Source: the human T2T-CHM13v2.0 reference genome, Homo sapiens. From it: a stretch of 64,000 nt of DNA. Position numbers and translations under genes: made by a program. How positions within the stretch are numbered: position 1 is the first letter of the stretch; each line of letters opens with the position of its first letter. Below are positions 56,336-64,000 of this stretch, piece after piece. The stretch lies in the NCBI RefSeq assembly GCF_009914755.1, contig NC_060941.1, one strand, 5' to 3'. The notes under the pieces are model-generated. The model was not told the DNA's origin. It did no database searches and worked only from the letters and a program-made list of their open reading frames with translations.

Positions 56336-57489
56336 GTTATGGAAAATCCTAAACTCTGCAGCCAAGGAGACCAGCTTTACTACTGTAATTTCCCTCAGCT
56401 GAATGCAGGCACCCAGGGAGCTGTCATCTATAGGCCACCTGCTCAGTCAGGCTCTAACCACCAGGCACTCCTTTTCTTCATTCTCCCTCTAAGCAGAGCT
56501 GTAGGAGCACTGGCTTTGGTGTTTGCAAATCTTACTGAATACCTCTGCTTCTTAAGGTTGACTTTGGAATAGCAATAATACCTAAGACAGTCTCTCAGGG
56601 CCCAACACTTGGTACTAGTATACTGGCTAGTTTGCCAAACAAGCCTGTTGAGTGACCTTGTATGGAGAATACAGATATAATTCTGGACTATGTGTGTCAG
56701 GTCTTTATCATTAATCATCTCATCACTTCTTCCTAGGCCGTTTATTATTCTCTCTCTGCTTTATATTTGACCCAACACACTTTACGGCTGCTTCTGGTAA
56801 TGGCCTCTTCATCCACATAGATATACGCCGTACTATAGATATTGCCAAACTTTATCCATTTCCCTCTACAAATCTCCAAGACTGCTAAAGCACCTTGTAT
56901 ATCCCAATGCAAAGTATCTTTTGTATATAAGAAAACATTTTGTTTATTTAGGGGCTTACATCGTTCCAGTTCAGCAATCAGAATACAAAATGAGCCTTTT
57001 CATCTAGCTTAATCTAAAAAATCATGGGAAAAGTCTATAAGAGGGCAAATGTGGATTAAGTGCCTTCCGCTCGGGAGAAGGAGTCGTGTTTTAACCAGGC
57101 AGAGGACAGTAGTGGAGATGTCACTATGAGGAAATCACAAACTCAGATGTCACAATGACAATTTCTGACAAGACTCAAAGAGGATTAGACCGAATGCTTC
57201 TCCTGTTTTAGATACTTCCCTTTTGTCACTTACACTGGCTAAACTTGAGTTATTCAGTTAAGCAGGTACTTTCAGGGGAAAGCTAGGTAGTTCCCCATTC
57301 TTGTTTTACTTCTAAGATACAAGATGCTGTGTACGCACTTCAACCCAGAAATAAACAAGACCTGCTCCTCTGTTACAACATTAGCACTTTGCTTGGGAGA
57401 AGCCATTGTCTAATCACAATTGAAAATTGTTATTTGCTATTTCGGAACCATTACAATTGTCGTGAAAACTGTCAAGTGTAATTTTAAAA

Positions 57490-57720
57490 CTGGTCACTGA
57501 ATATCTATGTAGTAGGCAGTTTGCTATAGATTTTCCCTAGATTATTTCATTAATTCTCACAAACACTCTGTGAAACAGATGGTGTTTTTAAAATAATTTC
57601 AAAAGAAACCATCTTATATGTTAAATAATTTGCTAAAGGTCACGTAGCTAATAGATAGTACATGAAAAATGTGAACTCAGTTCTTGATTTCATGTCCAGT
57701 ACTGCTTCTACTATATTACA
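57490..57720 (-). mobile_element. MIR relic
   Basis: attatttcattaattctcacaaacactctgtga...gttaaataatttgctaaaggtcacgtagcta. Confidence 0.6.
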
Positions 57721-58345
57721 GTTGTTTTCTATAAGTGTAACACAACCACTCAAGCATAAAGAGAGTAAAAGGCAACACCCAAGCCATACATTACATAGAC
57801 TGCTTTTAATCTCAGCCATGCTACATTTTTTTGCACCTGTCCCCTGCCATGGATGATTTCCATATCTAAATCTTCATGAGTAGTAGCTTTCTTCACTTAT
57901 TTCTATTATCCAATCCCTTATTTTCCATGCCTCACTGGAAATCCCACCTTCCTGAGCACTGAAAAAGCTTCTTTTGCCAACTGTGCCATTTCTAGCTTGA
58001 AACTGTGAACTTATTTTTGATCATTTCCTCATTCATTTTACAAACAATTTTTGAGTACCTGTTATGACCTCTACTTCAACTCTTATATTTAATCGACCCA
58101 TATTCTTTCTCTTCGATGAAATCTTTGTGCTTCATCTTTGAGCTCACTGCTTGATTTGACTAATTCACTTAGTTATCTGCTGCCTACAATTTACTACTGG
58201 GTAGTGTGGTAGCCCTTGGCTGCTCTCCTTGTCATTAATGTACTATGGAAACTACTGCCACCATCTTTCACTAAACACTCACACGATTTGGGGCTCAATT
58301 TATACATTACCTCCTCTGGGAAGTCTTTGTCTCTCTAGACTAAAC

Positions 58346-58996
58346 CAGTTGCTCCAAACTACTTCACTCGAGACTTTAAAATAGACTTTAAAAAGATTGT
58401 TTTAAAAGAAATGTAGCAAATGGTTATATTGCGGTGATTTTAAACATAAACCTACAGGACAAATGAAAACCAAAAATTTATAATAAAATCTAAATGCATT
58501 CTTATGGCTTAGGAAAAATTTTCCAATGGCCATACACATGGATGTAAACCAGGCCATATCTCATATTACATAGGTAAAATAAAAGAAAACATGCTCTAGA
58601 GACCTGCCAGACGACTCAAAGTGTAACACGAATGGTACAAAATGGCATTGATACTGAAGATGAGTGTGAGAATAAAAGAAACAAACATTTAAAAATTAAC
58701 ATATGTGTCCTTTATGTTTAATGTATTGAAATACAGTTTTGTAAGTAAATTGGTAAAGCTTGTGTTTTAAGTAAATATATGGAAATTTCACTTACATCAT
58801 CGAATCATTACATGTTTGAGTCAGCCAAAAAAATTGCTTCTGTTTTAGTATTTTACATTATGACTTTGGAGTATTTCTCTATATTAAGTGGGCTGTTATT
58901 GACAAACATATGGAATTTTGACAGCCTTAGAGAAAGAATTAGCCCTCATAATCCCTGCCCCCACTTTGCCTCAGGGTAATATAGGAATAACCACTT
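58346..58996. mobile_element. Possible hAT-Charlie DNA transposon relic
   Basis: Degenerate inverted termini cagttgctccaaact ... aggaataaccact. Interior not identified. Confidence 0.3.
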
Positions 58997-59029
58997 CTTA
59001 AAAATAGAATTGGAAACAGAGAGCTTTAT

Positions 59030-59232
59030 TACATAAAGTGCTTTGTGTCCATTATCTCACTTTATTCTTTCGGCAACCCCATGGAATATGTACTGTATCT
59101 ATTACTATTTCATAGATTAAAAAACTGAAACAGAAAGTGGCTCAGTGTAGGCTTCATCACCAGTAAATGAAGAGATGAGATTAGGCCCAGGTTCTTACTG
59201 GAGAACTGAACATTTTATCTCCAGTGCTGTAT
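59030..59232 (-). mobile_element. MIR relic
   Basis: attatctcactttattctttcggcaaccccatg...tttcatagattaaaaaactgaaacagaaag. Confidence 0.55.
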
Positions 59233-61634
59233 TAGCATGTTGTTTATAGAACTAAAATTCCTAAAGGGTCATGGAAACTTCAGCTGTGCTGAGATACTTT
59301 GAATATCTGACATTAAGATAGAAATTTGTGAATACATAAGGTTTTGGGTTAACACTAAATATCCTCTTAGTGTTAGACATTTCACTGACATTTAAAGCAA
59401 TGCTTCTTCTGTCACTAGGCTTTCTCACTCATGAATCTACTTTAGCCATCAATTTAAAATTTAGATGCTAATAACCAGCATGTGCTTCTAATAAAGCAAT
59501 GGGTATGAGCCTTCAAGGACATATCAAAAATGCCTAGCCATCTGGAACTGATTCTTTTTGGTAGCAAATCCCTTTCCACAAAAATACATAATATGGATTA
59601 GCTCTTTTACTTTCCAAATGTTATATCCTAAAATAAATAGATGCAATTCCCCTAATAGAATTGTGTCTGATAATTAGTGATTTTTGTCTTAATTCATATA
59701 TAAATTTATAATTTGCAAATTATCCTTATTAAACAGTTCTTTTAATTATTTCCAGGCCATTTCTTTTTAATAGAAAGGGTTAACACGACAAGTTAGTAAA
59801 CTTTGCTTGCTCTTCTAGTAGCAAGAAAAACTACCCTAATTTTCATCTCTGTTCAGCAATCTGCTGTTTGTTCCTGCAAATGAAAGAATAGCTGAGGGCT
59901 TTAAAAATAGATTTGTAGGAAGTTGGAACACAAGGTTCCAAGATTAATGAAACTAAGGAAAAGGAGACTCTAAGATTGGATTTAACGCAGATTTTGCATA
60001 TTTCATACTAAATAATACGAGAAAATGAGTGTAAAATCTGAGCTCCAGCTAATCCTCTGCAACCGTCTGAGCAAACATGAACACAATGCCATTCTGAATA
60101 ATATATTATTGTCTTAGGAGTCCTATTGTCATCAAATTCTACAGAGCACATTATACTAATCTCCATAAACAAGATGTTTATTTTTTATGGGGCTATCATT
60201 TAGCACATAATTATAAATCTAAGTATATTAGAATATTTAGACACAATTACTCTCTTTTCAACCTTCTGAATCTGTTTGGAGGTAGGGAAGGAGGGGGAAG
60301 AGCAAGTTTGCAATTTTATGGGAGAAGGTCTGTGTGGCATGCTGGGAATTGCTATTCAGCTCTTATGGTTGAATAGCACTCATTTTCTGTGACTAACCAT
60401 CAGCTGGGTTTTGTGATTGGGCTTCAATATGAGTATGATAGCCAAAATTGTAGGTTTTTACATTAGTAAATACAATGCTGCTATGTTCCACATTAAGGAT
60501 ATGGGAGAATAAATTACATCATTTGTTTTGCCACAGAATCCTTGTGCAAGATGCTGTTTTAAGAATTATTATATTCATCAGAAGATAAAGAGAATAATTA
60601 AGAAGAGAAACAATCTTCTAAGAGTTCATAATGGGAAAAATATAACAACTATGCCCGCTATTAATTTTTCACCAGATCATATGTCTTCAAATCTTTGGAA
60701 TCATGAAGTGCTAGGAAGAGCCCCGGGTTTACATTTAACTCTTTAGATTGTTATTGCTAGCTACGACACCTTAACTGTTCTAAATCCACTTCATGTGTAA
60801 CATGAGATGGTGATGTGTCTGTCGCATGATGCATGTAAAAATTAAATAAGGTAAAGAAACTGCCTATGCACAGTGTTCAGCACAGAACAGGTACTCCACA
60901 AATGCTGAATTTGATTATATAAAAAGTCAAGATTTACTAGCAAGATTTACCGCATATAACTTTCCCAAGGTGCAAATACACGAAGTGCAAAGGGCACTAT
61001 TTGGACAACAGCCAGAGTGATTCACAGGAAAGGGTATCAATACCCCTTAAGCAGGTTGAGCATACCCTTATCATGTCAGGGAGGAATTGTGTTATATCAG
61101 GACTTTTGTCCTTCCTATCCCTCATAGTCCAGGGAATAGTCTTAGAATATTACAGAGTAGCCCCTTTTGCCACTGCCAGAATACAGTCCAAGGGAACAGA
61201 GTCACCTGCAGTAAATCTCATAGTAAAATGACACACACACAAAAGAAGAGTTCAGAGAAAATAAAGTTCCCTTCTGAGAACTGTCCATGTCCTACAACCT
61301 ACATCTTACCAAGTCTCACCCTTCCTACTCAGATTCTGTCTGGCCCACATTAAAGAGACCACAGGCCACAAATATTAAGGAAGCAACCAGATCTCTGACT
61401 TCTCCGAGTTGACCAGAAGACAGAGACAGAACACTGGCTGAAATGTGAAGAAATTAGCAATCTTCTAGACTATCATCACAATGGAAATAAGCCCTCATGC
61501 AAAGGGTAATCAATGATTACTATCACTTGTGACTATGTCAAAGTTCAGGACACTAAAAGAAGCATTTCACAGTATATGTGATAGACATTAGAATTTGTCC
61601 ATTGCCTTGATTGACAGTCACTTTACATTCTTAG

Positions 61635-62120
61635 TTTGAGTTTTCCTCATCTCCCAATATCACACCCTAACAAGGACTTGTGAACAGGTCATTTATCTGC
61701 AAGATGGTCTGCTGAAGCACAAGTGAAGAAGGGAGGACAGTAGCGCCAGAAAGGGAGAGAATACAGTAAGAGGTGCTGTAATAAGCAGGTTGCCATGGTA
61801 GGCTCAATCCCATGGGGAACCCTCTGAGGAACTGGTTAGAACACATCTCATAATTGTCTCATGAACGGCTAAAGAAGTATGCTATTTACCTGCGAAGTCC
61901 TGTCACTCATTCGATGATGGTTGCCTCTGGGGGCAACATTCAACCCAACATTTTCTAGGCTGCTTTGCTGTGGTATAGCAAACTCCTAGGGAGCTAGAGA
62001 AAACCCTTGGGATTAAAAGTAAAGAAACAGGTGTGCTTGAAATGGAAAGCAGCCAGGATGAATAGGGACTACTTACCACAGTCAGGCAAGCACAGAAAGG
62101 GTCAATGGCATATGTGTCTG
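61635..62120 (-). mobile_element. Old MaLR LTR (MLT1J/K-like)
   Basis: caaggacttgtgaacaggtcattt...ggctcaatcccatggggaaccctctgagga resembles old MLT1 antisense sequence. Confidence 0.45.
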
Positions 62121-62818
62121 TTGCACTCTCTGTATGTCAAAACAATTGAAGCAGTCTGATCACACATAGCTCGATATGTGTATGTACATACACATGTATC
62201 TATATATGTATAGGTGCATGTAATTTTTATCATTGAAAAACAGTTAAATTAGATGGAATAGGTCTATGCCCCTCCTCCTTCTTAGCCTATTTAAGAGGGA
62301 GCCTCCTCCCTCTTAGCCCACTCATTCTTCATACATCCACTCAATCGTCTGTTATTCAGGGAACCCTTTTCTCATCCCTTTAACTAGGTCCAATTTATCT
62401 TTTTTGTGCATCCATAGAAAATCTATCTTTTATGATAGTGGCACTAATTAGAGTTGTACTTTTATTATGAGTTGTCTGGTAATTTGATTAACATTTCTCT
62501 TCCATGAGGATCAGGTCCTTGAAGTCAGGAAATAGTGCCTTTCAGAAGGCTTCCCTCCTAGAATGTACTAAATGGTTACACACTGAATGAATAATCCTTT
62601 TAAAGGGAACATAACCCCGGGGAAGAAGGATCTGTAACCAATTATAAAATGATGTGATAAGTACTATACTGTAATTACAGATTTCTGTGGGAGTATATAG
62701 AAAAGAGAGACAAATTCTGCCTGGTATGAAAAAAAGGTAATATTAACAGAGTAGATATTCAAGGGGTGGTGACATTGGAACTAGGCATGAGGTAGGACAA
62801 TAAGATCTCTAGGAGAAT

Positions 62819-62938
62819 AGCTGGGTAGAGCAGTGCTTGCCTATAGTCCCAGCTACTCAGGAGGCTGAGGAAGGGGAATGATTTGAGATCGAGGTCAGCC
62901 AGCCTGGTCAACATAGTGAGATGCTGTCTCCAGAAAAA
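62819..62938 (+). mobile_element. FLAM_A-like Alu monomer
   Basis: gcctatagtcccagctactcaggaggctgagg...ccagcctggtcaacatagtgagatgctgtctc + A tail. 16-bp TSD aagatctcta(g/t)gagaa (62802-62817 / 62939-62954). Confidence 0.9.
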
Positions 62939-63488
62939 AAGATCTCTATGAGAAGAAGGGATAAAATGTGTCTTAGAAGAAAATCAGCAACAGATTAACT
63001 CTATTCAGAGGTGGCCAAGTGAGTTTCTTTAAATTTATGGTTGTATATTTTGTATATAAAATGTCCATGTATGTGTCTGTGTCTGTATCCATAGAGATAC
63101 ATAATATATGTTATTGAACCCAAACAAAGCTTGATTCATGTGGAGTCTTTAAATAGCATCAATACTATGATTAGCATCCCTTCAAGTGAATGCCAATCAA
63201 TTTTGACCAATCTCATTAAACAGAAAGTTGTATTGTAGTTAACATTCACAAATGAGCCATCCATTTAAGGTCACTGTTTCATCATGAGTAGTTATGGGGC
63301 AAGATACGAAAAAGGGGCCTATTTAGGATCTACTTTTGGTCATAACTGTTCAGCATTTAAAAAATCACTTTTAATATGATTCAATCATTGAATAAAGCTT
63401 TAGGTGACTTGGTACATTTTTTTTAAAGTAAATAAATATGAGGACCTCAGGGATTTCTGCCCTGTGTCTAATTTTCCAAATTCCTAAT

Positions 63489-63824
63489 TGCTACAGTCAA
63501 CATTTTTTTTTTGTATCCTAACATTGCTATGGTAAAATTCTAACCCCCAAGGTGACGTTATTCTGAGGTAGAACCTTCTGGGAGGTGGGTTTAGGGTTCA
63601 TATAAAAGAGACGCAAGGTAGCTAAATGCCCCTTCCACCTTGTGAAAACACAGAAAGAAGGCATAATCTATGAACCAGAAAACTGGCCTTCACTAGGCAT
63701 TTAATCCATTGGCACCTTGATTGTAGACTTCCCAGCCTCCAGAAATGTGAGAAATAAGTTTCTGTTGTTCATAAGCTACCCAGTCAATGGTATTTTGTTA
63801 TAGCAACCCAAATGGACTAAGACA
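63489..63824 (+). mobile_element. MaLR solo LTR (MLT1A/B-like)
   Basis: Ends tggtattttgttatagcaacccaaatggactaagaca. Perfect 5-bp TSD ctaat (63484-63488 / 63825-63829). Confidence 0.9.
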
Positions 63825-64000
63825 CTAATGAAGCAAGGGAAAAAAACTTAAGATGGCTTTCCAAAATGTGCTATTCTTTATTTAGGAGACCAATGCTTAG
63901 GACTGGCGATCTTGAGTAGTTATATCAGTAGAGTAAGAAATCCAGTCACACAGTGAACTGTTGGCGACTGCTATCTCAAGTTCCAACATGGGTGGCTGAC

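Overview
This window is AT-rich, CpG-depleted primate (most likely human or great ape) non-coding DNA, either intergenic or deep intronic. I find no credible host protein-coding gene, RNA gene or CpG island. A large share of the window is transposable-element derived. It contains several old L1s, almost all on the + strand, and one young L1PA3-like insertion with a twin-priming 5' inversion and a clear TSD. It also contains Alus and a FLAM with TSDs, MaLR/ERVL/ERV1 LTRs, DNA transposons (MADE1, MER82, MER5, MER3/33), MIR/L2 relics and microsatellites. All long ORFs in the track come from L1 or MaLR sequence. I see no evidence of a new biological system. The most interesting observations are structural: (i) an ORF1-only 'half-L1' that keeps both ends, has a ~78-bp monomer array in its 5'UTR and joins the ORF2 start directly to the terminal 3'UTR; (ii) a MaLR with discordant THE1D-like and MSTA-like LTRs, lying exactly where ~1.9 kb of host L1 ORF2 is missing; (iii) an inversion-created chimeric ORF fusing a hydrophobic antisense peptide to an L1 RT domain; (iv) several short, spaced, near-perfect duplications. 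Family and subfamily names come from recalled consensus sequences and need RepeatMasker/Dfam confirmation. Boundaries of old elements are approximate.
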